DNA of 64,000 bases from Candidatus Methanomethylophilaceae archaeon (GCA_050950505.1 JBMNHS010000002.1:1-64000); one strand, 5' to 3'; positions 21,138 through 31,181 are shown, counted from the first letter of the stretch. Notes: a model not told the origin generated them from the letters alone. A program made the numbers and translations.

Positions 21138-22285
21138 AGTACCGAACCCCCCAGTTCCCTGAGCAAATCATCGGAAGAAGGCGAACGGCCGATCAGTCCG
21201 TATTCCGATGAGAAAATCAACGTTCCGCATTTCACTCTGTTTTCGGTTCTTCTGTTCATGTTGTATTCCGCCTTTTCGGATATCATTATCATCACTTCGT
21301 CCAAAAGATTTGCTTCTTTGATATGGAACAGCGCATCATCGGTGGAAATCGAATTCATGACGTTTTTCAATACTTCCGGGGAAGCTCCCGCCAATGCCGC
21401 GTTTCCCGCCAGAATTTCCATGCGGGAATCCGATTCTTTCGAGTGGGTGTTCATGATTCCTCCGGCAAGTTTCACCAGTTTGCCGAGGTTACCCACCAAC
21501 AGCAGGTTAACGAAACCCAGTTCCGCGGCGTAATCCAAAGTTTCCCCGATGTAATTGCTGCAACGCACGGCGGATTCCGGATCCAAACCGTCAATGGCTT
21601 CCACGTAACTCGCTCCGTAATTTCCGGGCACAACGAGCAAAGTCTCGGATCCTTCTTCCTTTCTGACTTTCATTTCAGCCTTGATTGTATCCACGATGGC
21701 TTTCTCGCTCATGGGTTCCACGATTCCGGAAGTTCCGAGAACCGAAATCCCTCCGACGATTCCCAAACGGGGATTGAAAGTCTTTTCGGCGAGTTTTTCA
21801 CCGTCAGGCACGGATATGGTGACTTTGAATCCGTTGTCGTAATTCAGATTGTCCTTCACGTCTTCCAAGGCCTCAACGATCATGTTCCTCGGAACTCTGT
21901 TGATGGCGGCATTTCCGACGGGTTGGTCCAATCCTTTTTTGGTGACTCTTCCGACGCCGGTTCCTCCGTCAATGTCTATGTTCCTGTCCGAATGAACCAC
22001 TTCCGAATAAACCAGGGAACCGTGTGTGACGTCGATGTCGTCGCCTCCGTCCTTTCTCACGGCACACCTGACTTTGTTTTTCTGCATATTGATGTCTTCT
22101 ATTCCGAGATTCAGCAGAATGCCCTTGGGCGTCAGAATGTCGATGCTGTCGACGGCGTTTCCGGTAAGCAACATGATAGCCGCGGCTTTTGAAGCTGCCG
22201 CCGCACAGGTGCCGGTGGTGTGACCTCTCCTCAATATTTTGCCGCCCACTTTGACGGACATCCCGTTGTTTTCAATCCCGGACAT
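21134..22285 (-). CDS. cbiD: Cobalt-precorrin-5B C1-methyltransferase
   Basis: GHTTGTCAAAA, KDGGDDIDVTHG, NPRLGIVGGISVLGTSG. Confidence 0.95.
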   Translation of the reverse strand: MSGIENNGMSVKVGGKILRRGHTTGTCAAAASKAAAIMLLTGNAVDSIDILTPKGILLNLGIEDINMQKNKVRCAVRKDGGDDIDVTHGSLVYSEVVHSDRNIDIDGGTGVGRVTKKGLDQPVGNAAINRVPRNMIVEALEDVKDNLNYDNGFKVTISVPDGEKLAEKTFNPRLGIVGGISVLGTSGIVEPMSEKAIVDTIKAEMKVRKEEGSETLLVVPGNYGASYVEAIDGLDPESAVRCSNYIGETLDYAAELGFVNLLLVGNLGKLVKLAGGIMNTHSKESDSRMEILAGNAALAGASPEVLKNVMNSISTDDALFHIKEANLLDEVMIMISEKAEYNMNRRTENRVKCGTLIFSSEYGLIGRSPSSDDLLRELGGSVL

Positions 22286-22298
22286 CGTTTTCCCTTAG

Positions 22299-22360
22299 GT
22301 TGGAGGCATTATCCATGTTTAATATTTGTCGAATTGCCCTTGTTGGATATACTATCCAAC
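22299..22360. promoter_or_regulatory. Two putative operator sites in the divergent cbiD/cbiL promoter
   Basis: Perfect GTTGGATA-TAC-TATCCAAC (22342-22360) and degenerate GTTGGAGG-CAT-TATCCATG (22299-22317). Confidence 0.65.
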
Positions 22361-22411
22361 TTAAATAAACGTATAACATGTACGGTAAATCATACTATTG
22401 GGTGAAATCAG

Positions 22412-23128
22412 ATGGCAGGAAAATTATACGGCGTAAGCGTCGGACCCGGAGACCCCGGACTTCTGACCCTGAAAGCCAAAGAACTGATTGACAAATCGGC
22501 AGTGGTTGCATACCCTGTCCACAAACGCGGCGAGGACAGTACGGCTTTGGACATCGTGAAAGGAGCCACAGACCTGTCCGGAAAGAAAATTTTGGAACTT
22601 CTGTTCAGCATGAATCCCGACGACAAAGTCAGGGAAGCCTGCAGATCCGAAGCCGTCAAAGAACTGACGGAAGCTTTGGACTCGGGAATGGACGTGGCCA
22701 TGATTTCCCTGGGTGACGTCGGAGTGTACAGCACCTACATGTACGTGGACGAACAGGTCAGAAATCTTGGATACGAGACTGAAGTCATTCCCGGGATAAC
22801 GTCCTTCTGCGGCGGAGCCGCCGAAGCGAGAATACCCCTGATGATCGGAGACGAAGACCTTACCGTAATCCCCATGGCAAAAAAAGACAACGGAAGATTG
22901 GATTTGTTTCTGGCATCTTCCGACAACCTCGTGGTGATGAAAGCCTGGGATTCCATGCAGGTTCTCGCGGATTTGATGGAAAAGAACGGAATTCCTTTGA
23001 AAAACGCCACCGTCATCAGCAACATCGGCATGGAAGGGGAATACATCGGACCCATTGACGTCAACCGCAAATACGGTTATTTCACCACAGTCATTGTAAA
23101 GAAAAACAGAAACGAGGAATCAAAATGA
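22412..23128 (+). CDS. cbiL: Cobalt-precorrin-2 C20-methyltransferase
   Basis: GVSVGPGDPGLLTLKA, LGDVGVYSTY, IPGITS, final YFTTVIV. Confidence 0.9.
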   Translation: MAGKLYGVSVGPGDPGLLTLKAKELIDKSAVVAYPVHKRGEDSTALDIVKGATDLSGKKILELLFSMNPDDKVREACRSEAVKELTEALDSGMDVAMISLGDVGVYSTYMYVDEQVRNLGYETEVIPGITSFCGGAAEARIPLMIGDEDLTVIPMAKKDNGRLDLFLASSDNLVVMKAWDSMQVLADLMEKNGIPLKNATVISNIGMEGEYIGPIDVNRKYGYFTTVIVKKNRNEESK

Positions 23129-23883
23129 TAACATTCGTCGGCGCAGGCCCGGGAGATCCGGAATTATTGACAATCAAAGGAAAGAAAATCATCGACTCCG
23201 CGGATGTGATAATTTATGCGGGTTCCCTGGTGAACCCTGCCGTGTTGAGCGATGTCAAAGAAACCGCCAGGATATACAACAGCGCGGAAATGAATCTGGA
23301 CGAAGTGATCGAAGTCATGAAAGACGCCGAATCCAAAGGATTGAACACCGCACGGGTTCACACCGGAGACCCGTCCATTTACGGCGCAATAAGGGAACAG
23401 ATCGACAGATTGGACGAAATGGGGATTGAAAGCAAAGTCGTTCCCGGAGTAAGTTCCGCCTTCGCCACCGCCGCGGCGCTGAAGAAAGAATACACTCTTC
23501 CGGATGTTAGTCAGACCGTCATTTTCACAAGAATGGAAGGAAGGACTCCCATGCCCGAAGGGGAAAGCATTTCCGAATTGGCTTCTCATCATGCCACCAT
23601 GGTTATTTTCCTCAGCGTCGGATTCATGGACGATTTAACCGAACAGCTCATCAAAGGGGGATACAAAGAAAGCACCCCGGTGGCCGTGGTTTACAAAGCA
23701 AGTTGGCCGGAACAGAAAATCGTCACCGGCAGCCTCAAGAACATAGCTTCCAAAGTGAAAGAAGCCGGCATAACGAAGACCGCATTGACGGTGGTCGGAG
23801 ATTTCCTCGGAGACGAGTACAGTCTGTCAAAGCTTTACGACAAAGCGTTCACCACCGAATACCGCAAAGGAACGGAGGCCTGA
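23125..23883 (+). CDS. cbiF: Cobalt-precorrin-4 C11-methyltransferase
   Basis: YAGSLV, RVHTGDPSIYGA, SQTVIFTR, SKLYD. Confidence 0.95.
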   Translation: MITFVGAGPGDPELLTIKGKKIIDSADVIIYAGSLVNPAVLSDVKETARIYNSAEMNLDEVIEVMKDAESKGLNTARVHTGDPSIYGAIREQIDRLDEMGIESKVVPGVSSAFATAAALKKEYTLPDVSQTVIFTRMEGRTPMPEGESISELASHHATMVIFLSVGFMDDLTEQLIKGGYKESTPVAVVYKASWPEQKIVTGSLKNIASKVKEAGITKTALTVVGDFLGDEYSLSKLYDKAFTTEYRKGTEA

Positions 23884-23886
23884 AAA

Positions 23887-24624
23887 ATGTCAGGAAAACT
23901 CACCGTGGTGGGATTCGGACCCGGTTCCAAAGAGGACATGACCCTGAGGGCGATCAACGCGATAGAGAATGCGGACATCGTCACCGGTTACACGACCTAC
24001 GTGGATATTCTGAAAGAATATTTCCCGGACAAGAAATACAAAGCCACCGGAATGATGAAAGAAGTCGAAAGATGCAAATCCGCAATCGAAGACGCGTTGA
24101 CGGGATTGAACGTTGCAATGGTAAGCAGCGGCGATTCCGGAATTTACGGAATGGCCGGGATAATATACCAGCTCGTTGACGAAATGGACGCCGGCATAGA
24201 AGTGGACGTCGTTCCGGGAGTCACCGCGGCTTCCGCGGCGGCATCCATACTCGGAGCACCGCTCATGCACGATCTGGCTATCATCAGTCTTTCCGATTTG
24301 ATGACTCCTTACGATCTGATAATGAAGCGTATCGAAAGCGCCGGTTTGGGTGATTTGATTGTTTGTCTTTACAATCCCAGAAGCAAGAAGAGAAGGGAAC
24401 ATCTTCCCGAAGCCGTCGGGATACTTCTGAAACACAGATCCCCGGAAACTCCCGTGGGTATTGTGAGAAACGCCCGCAGGGAAGACGAAACCGTAATCAT
24501 CGCTACGTTGGGAGATCTGCCTTACGACGATGTTGACATGTTCTCCATCGTAATCGTCGGAAACTCCCAGACTTATGTTTCGGAGGGTAAAATGATAACA
24601 CCCAGGGGATACGAGGTGGAATGA
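23887..24624 (+). CDS. cbiH: Cobalt-factor III C17-methyltransferase
   Basis: SSGDSGIYGMAG, GAPLMHD, SLSDL, YNPRS, TPRGY. Confidence 0.95.
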   Translation: MSGKLTVVGFGPGSKEDMTLRAINAIENADIVTGYTTYVDILKEYFPDKKYKATGMMKEVERCKSAIEDALTGLNVAMVSSGDSGIYGMAGIIYQLVDEMDAGIEVDVVPGVTAASAAASILGAPLMHDLAIISLSDLMTPYDLIMKRIESAGLGDLIVCLYNPRSKKRREHLPEAVGILLKHRSPETPVGIVRNARREDETVIIATLGDLPYDDVDMFSIVIVGNSQTYVSEGKMITPRGYEVE

Positions 24625-25253
24625 TGAAGATACCCAATGTCAAACCGGCGGATATAGAAAAACGCAGCATGGAAATCATCGAGAAAGAACTTGACGGAAG
24701 GACCTGGCCGGAACCCGAGTTCTCGATTGTCAAAAGATGCATTCACACCTCGGCGGATTTCGATTACGCCGACAATCTGGCATTCTCCGAGAACGCCGCC
24801 CGCATCGGAATCGAAGCGATCCGTTCCGGCGCCCACATCATCACGGACACCAAAATGGCTTATTCCGGGGTGAACAAGAAGCGTCTCGCTTCTTTCGGAG
24901 GGGAGGCCCATTGTTTCATCAGTGACGAGTCCGTGGTCGAAGAGGCGAAAGCCAGAGGCTGCACCCGTGCGAAAGTGTCAATGGAACGTGGGGCTGCTTT
25001 GGAAGGCAGAAACATATTTGCAATAGGAAACGCCCCCACGGCGCTGATAAGACTGAACGAACTCATAGAAGAAGGAAGGTTGAAGCCGGCGTTGGTCATC
25101 GGCGTTCCCGTGGGGTTTGTCAACGTTATCGAATCCAAGGAACTGATTATGGAATCCGGTGTTCCGTACATCGTCGCGAAAGGCAGAAAAGGCGGATCGA
25201 ACATCGCCGCCGCAATCTGCAACGCAATGATTTACCATCAAGGCGAATTCTAA
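24621..25253 (+). CDS. cbiC: Cobalt-precorrin-8 methylmutase
   Basis: RCIHTSADF, IGNAPTAL, PVGFVNV, GRKGGS. Confidence 0.95.
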   Translation: MMKIPNVKPADIEKRSMEIIEKELDGRTWPEPEFSIVKRCIHTSADFDYADNLAFSENAARIGIEAIRSGAHIITDTKMAYSGVNKKRLASFGGEAHCFISDESVVEEAKARGCTRAKVSMERGAALEGRNIFAIGNAPTALIRLNELIEEGRLKPALVIGVPVGFVNVIESKELIMESGVPYIVAKGRKGGSNIAAAICNAMIYHQGEF

Positions 25254-25264
25254 ACCTTTTCAGG

Positions 25265-25286
25265 CCCGTGTCCCCAAGGGCACGGG
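25265..25286. terminator. Stem-loop between convergent cbiC and pirin genes
   Basis: CCCGTGTCC-CCAA-GGGCACGGG. Confidence 0.55.
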
Positions 25287-25299
25287 TTCGTATACCTTT

Positions 25300-26418
25300 T
25301 CAAACGCAGCGGTTGACGGAATCGTTCTCATACGATTCATTGCGTCCGGTTTCCGCGGGCTCGAACCCTTCGGGTTTTCCGTCGGGATATTCTTCTTTTC
25401 CGTCGGCGTATCTTATGAATCTCGGCGCTTCGACGGATTGTACTTTGTCAATAACGTTCCAGGGCCAGATTTCATACTCGTATTTTCTGATGTCGTTCAT
25501 CGCATCCCTTACGGTTTTGTCGTTGTCCAGAACCACGGGGCCGTAGGACGTCATCTTCTGTTTTATGGGTCTGCCGTCCAACAGCCAGAATTTGGACGGG
25601 ACCTCTCCGTTTCTGATTGTGATGTCAATATCGGATTTGAGTTTCATGCGGTATCCGGCGTCGGCGGCAAAACCTTCCACATCAGCGTCGCTTCCCGAAA
25701 CGAAATAGAGATTCCTGTTAATTTCCGGAGAATCGGCTTTCAGGACAAATTCCGCCCCCTCTTCCATTTTGATCTGAAGAATTTTCACTCTGTTGTCCGG
25801 ATCCGCCGCCCAGGAGTTCGGATTGGGAACCCCGACGGTCATGTCCTCATACGTTCCGGCGTAAAGAATCACTTCAATGTTTTTCCCGGAACCGTCGGTC
25901 AGATTTTTTGTTTCAAAATCCTCGGACCAAACCATGTTCACGTCGTTTGTCGACCCCTTCCTTTCCAATGGAAGATTAATCATAATCTGGGTAATGTTGT
26001 TCGGGTTGGGGCGGTCCTGAAACACCAAAGGATACATTTCGGAATGCTGGTATTTGCTTGAAGCGGTTACCCATTGGGCGTCCCCGAAACCGAATCTTGA
26101 CTGGTTCCCTTCGGAATCGAAAGTATCCACATATCCTTCTTCGACTATGGTGAACGTTTCGTATCCCCAGTGGGGATGCATGGGGAAGCCGGGAACGACT
26201 TTTCCTTTGTACATCCGGAATCCGTTGTGTTTTTTGTAATCGTGGCCCAAGTCCCTCCAGGCAATCATGTCATAAGGAGGCGCCTGTTGGGAATTTCCTT
26301 TGGGATAGTTGTCTCTGTGATGCGATACGAAAATGAAAGGGTCTTCGGTATCCCAGTGTATGTCAAAGTCCACGTATCTCAGAACGGCTCCCCTGGCTTT
26401 TTTTCTGAAAGGCCACAT
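25300..26418 (-). CDS. Pirin family protein
   Basis: DPF, GFPMHPHWGYET, QWVTA..QHSE, YGPVV; start uncertain. Confidence 0.85.
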   Translation of the reverse strand: MWPFRKKARGAVLRYVDFDIHWDTEDPFIFVSHHRDNYPKGNSQQAPPYDMIAWRDLGHDYKKHNGFRMYKGKVVPGFPMHPHWGYETFTIVEEGYVDTFDSEGNQSRFGFGDAQWVTASSKYQHSEMYPLVFQDRPNPNNITQIMINLPLERKGSTNDVNMVWSEDFETKNLTDGSGKNIEVILYAGTYEDMTVGVPNPNSWAADPDNRVKILQIKMEEGAEFVLKADSPEINRNLYFVSGSDADVEGFAADAGYRMKLKSDIDITIRNGEVPSKFWLLDGRPIKQKMTSYGPVVLDNDKTVRDAMNDIRKYEYEIWPWNVIDKVQSVEAPRFIRYADGKEEYPDGKPEGFEPAETGRNESYENDSVNRCV

Positions 26419-26496
26419 ATAAACGGGATATGCGGTTTGATTAAAATACCTCGCCTTTTTGCACAGCATTAAATAATACACCCTTAATGGACGCTT

Positions 26497-27219
26497 ATGG
26501 TACCTTCCGAAAAGAAAGGAGTCAGACTCAACAAATATCTCGGCGATTCCGGCGTTTCATCGAGACGCGGCGCAGATGCAATCATAGAGGAAGGCAGAGT
26601 GACCATCGACGGAATGAAGGCCGTTCTGGGAGACAGGGTTTTTCCCGGAAATGTGGTTCGAGTCGACGGCAATCCGGTGTCTCCGGAAAAGGAAGATATC
26701 GTCCTGATGTTTTACAAACCGAGAGGGATAACCTGCACTTCGAATCCCGAAGATCCGGATAACGTGATTGATTTCTTGGGATATCCCAAACGCATCTATT
26801 CCGTGGGACGTTTGGACAAGGATTCCGAAGGTCTGTTGCTCATGACCAACAACGGTTTCCTGGCAGAAAAGATAATGCATTCCAGCAACGGACATGACAA
26901 GGAATACATCGTGACCGTGGACCGTGACATCACCGAGGATTTCATCAAACAGATGTCCCGCGGGGTTCCGATTATGGGAGGTTCCGTGGTCACCAGGAAA
27001 TGCGAAGTCACACAGACCGGCGACCGTGAGTTCAGAATCATTCTGAAACAGGGAATCAACCGTCAGATCAGAAGAATGTGCGGCGAGTTGGAATATACCG
27101 CGGTCACCATCAAAAGAGTCAGGGTTCTGAATCTTGAGCTCGGGGACATGGGCGTCGGCAAATACCGCAACATTTCCAAGTCGGAAAGAGCCGAACTGTA
27201 CAGATTATTGGATCTTTAA
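26497..27219 (+). CDS. RsuA/RluF-family rRNA pseudouridine synthase
   Basis: S4 domain [33 protein letters not shown]. Confidence 0.92.
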   Translation: MVPSEKKGVRLNKYLGDSGVSSRRGADAIIEEGRVTIDGMKAVLGDRVFPGNVVRVDGNPVSPEKEDIVLMFYKPRGITCTSNPEDPDNVIDFLGYPKRIYSVGRLDKDSEGLLLMTNNGFLAEKIMHSSNGHDKEYIVTVDRDITEDFIKQMSRGVPIMGGSVVTRKCEVTQTGDREFRIILKQGINRQIRRMCGELEYTAVTIKRVRVLNLELGDMGVGKYRNISKSERAELYRLLDL

Positions 27220-27257
27220 TCACAATCTTTTAATCAATCGGAGTACTGCAAGATGTC

Positions 27258-27276
27258 ATTGGACACATCATCCATT
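27258..27276. promoter_or_regulatory. Putative operator upstream of the cfb operon
   Basis: ATTGGACA-CAT-CATCCATT, same geometry as the cbi and hem sites. Confidence 0.55.
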
Positions 27277-27328
27277 TAGCACGAACGCAGTTGAAAGTAT
27301 TATTAAGTATGACTCTATTGGTGAATTA

Positions 27329-28105
27329 TTGAGAAGAATTGCCATTTACGGGAAGGGCGGAATAGGTAAGTCCACCGTCTCTTCGAACATAAGCGATGCC
27401 TTGGCCGATATGGGTTTGCGGGTACTTCAGATTGGATGCGACCCCAAAGCCGATTCCACAAAACTTTTGATGGGCGGCAAGGCACCGGACACGGTTCTTG
27501 ACAGAATGAGGGAAGGCAACGTCTCTTTGGACGATGTCGTTCACGATACGGGACACAATGTGTTCTGTGTCGAATGCGGCGGTCCGAAACCCGGAACGGG
27601 TTGCGCCGGCCGCGGCATAATCGCGGCCTTCGATCAGCTGGAGGATTTGGACGCTATAGACACAATCAGGCCGGACGTGATAATTTACGACGTTCTCGGC
27701 GATGTCGTCTGCGGAGGGTTTGCAATGCCCATCCGCAACGGCTACGCCAAAGAAGTTTTTGTTGTCACATCGGGAGAAATGATGTCCCTGTACGCCGCGG
27801 ACAACATCCGTCAGGCCGTAAACGGTTTTGCCGAAGACGGTTACGCCGTGTTCGGCGGCGTGATCCAAAATTCCAGAGGCATCGACGACGAAAACAGAAT
27901 TGTCGACGACGCCGCGGAAGAAATGGGTTGCGATGTCGTTTACCGATTGCCCCGGGACCAGGAAGTTCAGGACGCCGAAGCGGCCGGAACCACGGTCGTC
28001 AGAAACGCCCCCGATTCCGAAATGGCAAAAAATTTCAAATCGCTGGCGGAGGAAATACTTCAACGTTCGGAGGATTCCGAAGGCGGAATGCGACTGAAGA
28101 AATAA
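27329..28105 (+). CDS. cfbC: Ni-sirohydrochlorin a,c-diamide reductive cyclase, ATP-dependent reductase subunit (NifH-like)
   Basis: [33 protein letters not shown]; TTG start with GGTGA upstream; cfb context. Confidence 0.9.
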   Translation: MRRIAIYGKGGIGKSTVSSNISDALADMGLRVLQIGCDPKADSTKLLMGGKAPDTVLDRMREGNVSLDDVVHDTGHNVFCVECGGPKPGTGCAGRGIIAAFDQLEDLDAIDTIRPDVIIYDVLGDVVCGGFAMPIRNGYAKEVFVVTSGEMMSLYAADNIRQAVNGFAEDGYAVFGGVIQNSRGIDDENRIVDDAAEEMGCDVVYRLPRDQEVQDAEAAGTTVVRNAPDSEMAKNFKSLAEEILQRSEDSEGGMRLKK

Positions 28106-28120
28106 AAAGAGGAATCAAAC

Positions 28121-28900
28121 ATGAAAAAAGGAATTTTATTCATCGGACACGGCTCAAGGTTCAACCACAACAAAGAAGCCGTTGAACAGCAGGCCAACGC
28201 ACTGAAAGAACGCACCGGACTCCCCGTGCGGACCGCATACAACGAAACCACAATGCCCCTTGTGGACACGGTTCTTGAAGAAATGGTCAACGAAGGAATC
28301 GAAGAAATCATCGCGGTTCCCTTCTTCGTGGCATCCGGACTTCACATCACAAGGGACATACCCCGTAAACTCAGCATACCCGAGAACTCTGCCGGCGGAA
28401 AAACCACCGTCAACGGAAAAGAAGTAACCGTACATTTCGAAAAGCCGTTGGGCGAAGATCCGAACCTTACCGACATCCTCGAAGAAAGAGTCAAGGAGTC
28501 CTGCAACGGAAAGAAGGCCGCAATCATGGTGGTCGGTCACGGATCCCGTCTGCCATACAATGAGGAAATCATCAAATTCCACGCGGAAAGACTGAGAGAA
28601 AGAGGATATCCCAATGTTTACCACGCGTTCAACGAGTTCAATGAACCTTACATCGAGGAAGTCATGAAGGAAATCGCCGCCACCGACGTTACCGATGTAG
28701 CGGTTCTTCCAATGTTCATCGCATCCGGCGCGCATCTCGGCGAAGAAGTTCCCGAAACCCTCGGAATACCCGCCTACAGCGACGGCGGAGTCAGCGACGC
28801 ATTCGGAAGAGAACTCAACATCCACTACGCCATGCCCGTAGGCAAGGAACCCCGTCTTGCGGAGGTTCTCGTCAAAAGGCTGGAAAAATACGGAATATGA
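28121..28900 (+). CDS. cfbA: Sirohydrochlorin chelatase, tandem CbiX domains
   Basis: Two GHGSR...ASG.H repeats; lies within the cfb operon. Confidence 0.85.
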   Translation: MKKGILFIGHGSRFNHNKEAVEQQANALKERTGLPVRTAYNETTMPLVDTVLEEMVNEGIEEIIAVPFFVASGLHITRDIPRKLSIPENSAGGKTTVNGKEVTVHFEKPLGEDPNLTDILEERVKESCNGKKAAIMVVGHGSRLPYNEEIIKFHAERLRERGYPNVYHAFNEFNEPYIEEVMKEIAATDVTDVAVLPMFIASGAHLGEEVPETLGIPAYSDGGVSDAFGRELNIHYAMPVGKEPRLAEVLVKRLEKYGI

Positions 28901-30108
28901 AAATTCTGCTCCTTGACACCGTGCACGGCGGAGGCGTTCTTGGGGATCTGTATCCCAAGAAGGACGACTCCGTCACCTGTGTCGATGTCTATAAAGTGAC
29001 GCCCGAAGAGGAACTGCTCAGACTGAGGAACAAAGGATGCTCGGTCTGCAGGGAAGTTCCTCCCGGCGAATACGATCTCGTATTGATGCCGGTGCACTGT
29101 CCCGACAGCTTCCTCGAAGGCGTCACCTACGGCGAGAGGAAGTTTTTCAGTCAGGCCGTGGGAGAACTCATAGAAAACAACAGATTCAGGATAGAGGTCA
29201 CCGGCGTCAAAGGAAAAACAAGTTTCTGCGGATTGCTGGCTCATGTTCTGACCGTTGCAGGAAACAAAGTGCTTCTCCACAGTTCCAAAGGCAGGGGATT
29301 CTGGGAAAACGGCAAACTTTCCCACGGCGAGAAGGTGAGCATTGCACCGCCCCACATGCTGACGGTGCCGTCGGAAGGTTATGACATTTTTATCTGCGAA
29401 GTTTCTCTCGGAGGTTCCGGGAAGGCGGACATCGCCTGCATAACCAATCTTTTGGAAGATTATCCCATAGCGGCAAACACAAGAAAAGCATCCGACGGGA
29501 AGAAAGAAATTCTTTCGGAAACCAACGTTGTTCCTTCCGGAGAAGTCGACTTTTGGAAAACCTTCGGGAAGGGGGAAGTCACGGGATACGGCAACAGAAC
29601 CAAAATTCTAAACAACCCGGGTTTGGGGGAATCCCTCAGGATACGGGTGGATTACGGAGAAGGTTTTGAAGTCAGTCTGAGAAGCGGCTACCTCGCCCGG
29701 GAATACGTCGATGCGATAGAAATGACGGTGACGGTATGCGATCTCATGAACATTCCGACGGAAGCTCTGAAAGAAGCGCTGTACACTTTCAAAGGCATGG
29801 AAGGCCGGGGGGAAGTGTACCGCGACAACGGCAGATGGGTCGTGAAGGAAAGAAATCCGGGGATTTCCCTGCATTCGGTGGAAAGAACTTACGAAACGCT
29901 GAAAGGAATGAATGCTCTGAACAACGCCGTTGCCGTTTTGGACCCGGTCAGCAGAAAGGTCTGCGATAAGTTGGACGCAAACGCAATAATAGAAATATCC
30001 CGTGAATACGGGGTGGAACTTATCGTAACCGACGGTTCGGGAATCATGCCGGATATTCCGGACACCGACGGACCGTTGATTCTGTTTGTCAAGGAAGGAT
30101 ACACATGA
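28897..30108 (+). CDS. cfbE: Coenzyme F430 synthase (Mur ligase-like)
   Basis: DTVHGG, PVHCP, EVTGVKGKT, EVSLGGSG, EDYPIA. Confidence 0.9.
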   Translation: MKILLLDTVHGGGVLGDLYPKKDDSVTCVDVYKVTPEEELLRLRNKGCSVCREVPPGEYDLVLMPVHCPDSFLEGVTYGERKFFSQAVGELIENNRFRIEVTGVKGKTSFCGLLAHVLTVAGNKVLLHSSKGRGFWENGKLSHGEKVSIAPPHMLTVPSEGYDIFICEVSLGGSGKADIACITNLLEDYPIAANTRKASDGKKEILSETNVVPSGEVDFWKTFGKGEVTGYGNRTKILNNPGLGESLRIRVDYGEGFEVSLRSGYLAREYVDAIEMTVTVCDLMNIPTEALKEALYTFKGMEGRGEVYRDNGRWVVKERNPGISLHSVERTYETLKGMNALNNAVAVLDPVSRKVCDKLDANAIIEISREYGVELIVTDGSGIMPDIPDTDGPLILFVKEGYT

Positions 30109-31181
30109 AGATAATTCACCCCCGCCCGAATCCGATAATCGCCGCCATGTACACACTGAGAGACATGAACGTGGACGTGGTGGTGATTCACGGACCGTCG
30201 GGATGCGGATTCATGGCATCCCGCTCTCTGGAACAGGCCGGCGTAAGAATAGTCACCACCGCGCTTTCCGAAACCGACCTGATATTCGGCGGTTCCGATG
30301 AGCTGATAAAAACTCTCAAAGAAGTCGATGAACGGTTCAATCCCAAGACCGTCGCCGTCATCGGAACCTGTGCCAGCATGATCATAGGCGAAGATATGGA
30401 ATCTTCAATCAAACGCGCCGGACTGAACTGCACGGTGTTTCCCGTGGAGGTTCACGGATCCTTGCCGAACAACACCGAAGGTGCGATAAAAGCCCTCGAA
30501 GCCGGAAGAGACGCAGGAATCATCCCCGCCGAAGAAACCGAACGTCAGATAAGTCTGATGAAAGCCGCCACCGAGATGGAACGGGAACGGGGCCTTGCCA
30601 GCAAATCATACATGAAACCCTCCGTGGGGGCCACCAAACTGAACGTCTGCGGAAAAATCCGCGATACCCTTTCAAAAGGCGGAAAGGTCGCGGTGGTCAT
30701 GAATGCCAAAAAGGAGCTTGCATACCGTTTTGCCGATATGTTTCTGGCCGTCGACGAAGCCCGGAAAAAACTTGGGGGAGAGACCTTCTTTGTTGCCAAT
30801 CTCGATGTGAACAAAGGACTCCCCAGAATCCGGAAGTACGGGGAAAACATACTTGCCCAGCTGGAAAAGGAAAACGTTGTCATCGACGCGATAGTCGGAG
30901 GTCTTGACGAATATGCGTTGATCGGTGAAGATCTGAAAGCTGCAACGGATGAATTTCATCCCGATCTGACGGTCATAACGGGAATCTGTCACGCTTATCC
31001 CGGCATCAAAGAAACCGACATTCTCGTAACCGATCAACCGAGACAGCTTACCAATTACATCAACTCCGGATTCCCGAATTCCGTCGGGGAAATCTCGTCC
31101 CATTCTTTGGTTATGGGCACCGACGCGATAATTCCCCTTGAAACCGGTGACACACTCAGAGAGCTGGTGAGAGAAAGTTGA
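30105..31181 (+). CDS. cfbD: Ni-sirohydrochlorin a,c-diamide reductive cyclase catalytic subunit (NflD)
   Basis: HPRPNPIIAAMYTLRD, HGPSGC, GTCASMIIGED, GGLDEY. Confidence 0.93.
   Translation: MKIIHPRPNPIIAAMYTLRDMNVDVVVIHGPSGCGFMASRSLEQAGVRIVTTALSETDLIFGGSDELIKTLKEVDERFNPKTVAVIGTCASMIIGEDMESSIKRAGLNCTVFPVEVHGSLPNNTEGAIKALEAGRDAGIIPAEETERQISLMKAATEMERERGLASKSYMKPSVGATKLNVCGKIRDTLSKGGKVAVVMNAKKELAYRFADMFLAVDEARKKLGGETFFVANLDVNKGLPRIRKYGENILAQLEKENVVIDAIVGGLDEYALIGEDLKAATDEFHPDLTVITGICHAYPGIKETDILVTDQPRQLTNYINSGFPNSVGEISSHSLVMGTDAIIPLETGDTLRELVRES

Noticed and set aside
27329-31181. NifH/NifD-like genes as nitrogenase
   Set aside because: They sit with chelatase, Mur-ligase and amidase genes and there is no nifK/E/N/B; this is the F430 cfb pathway
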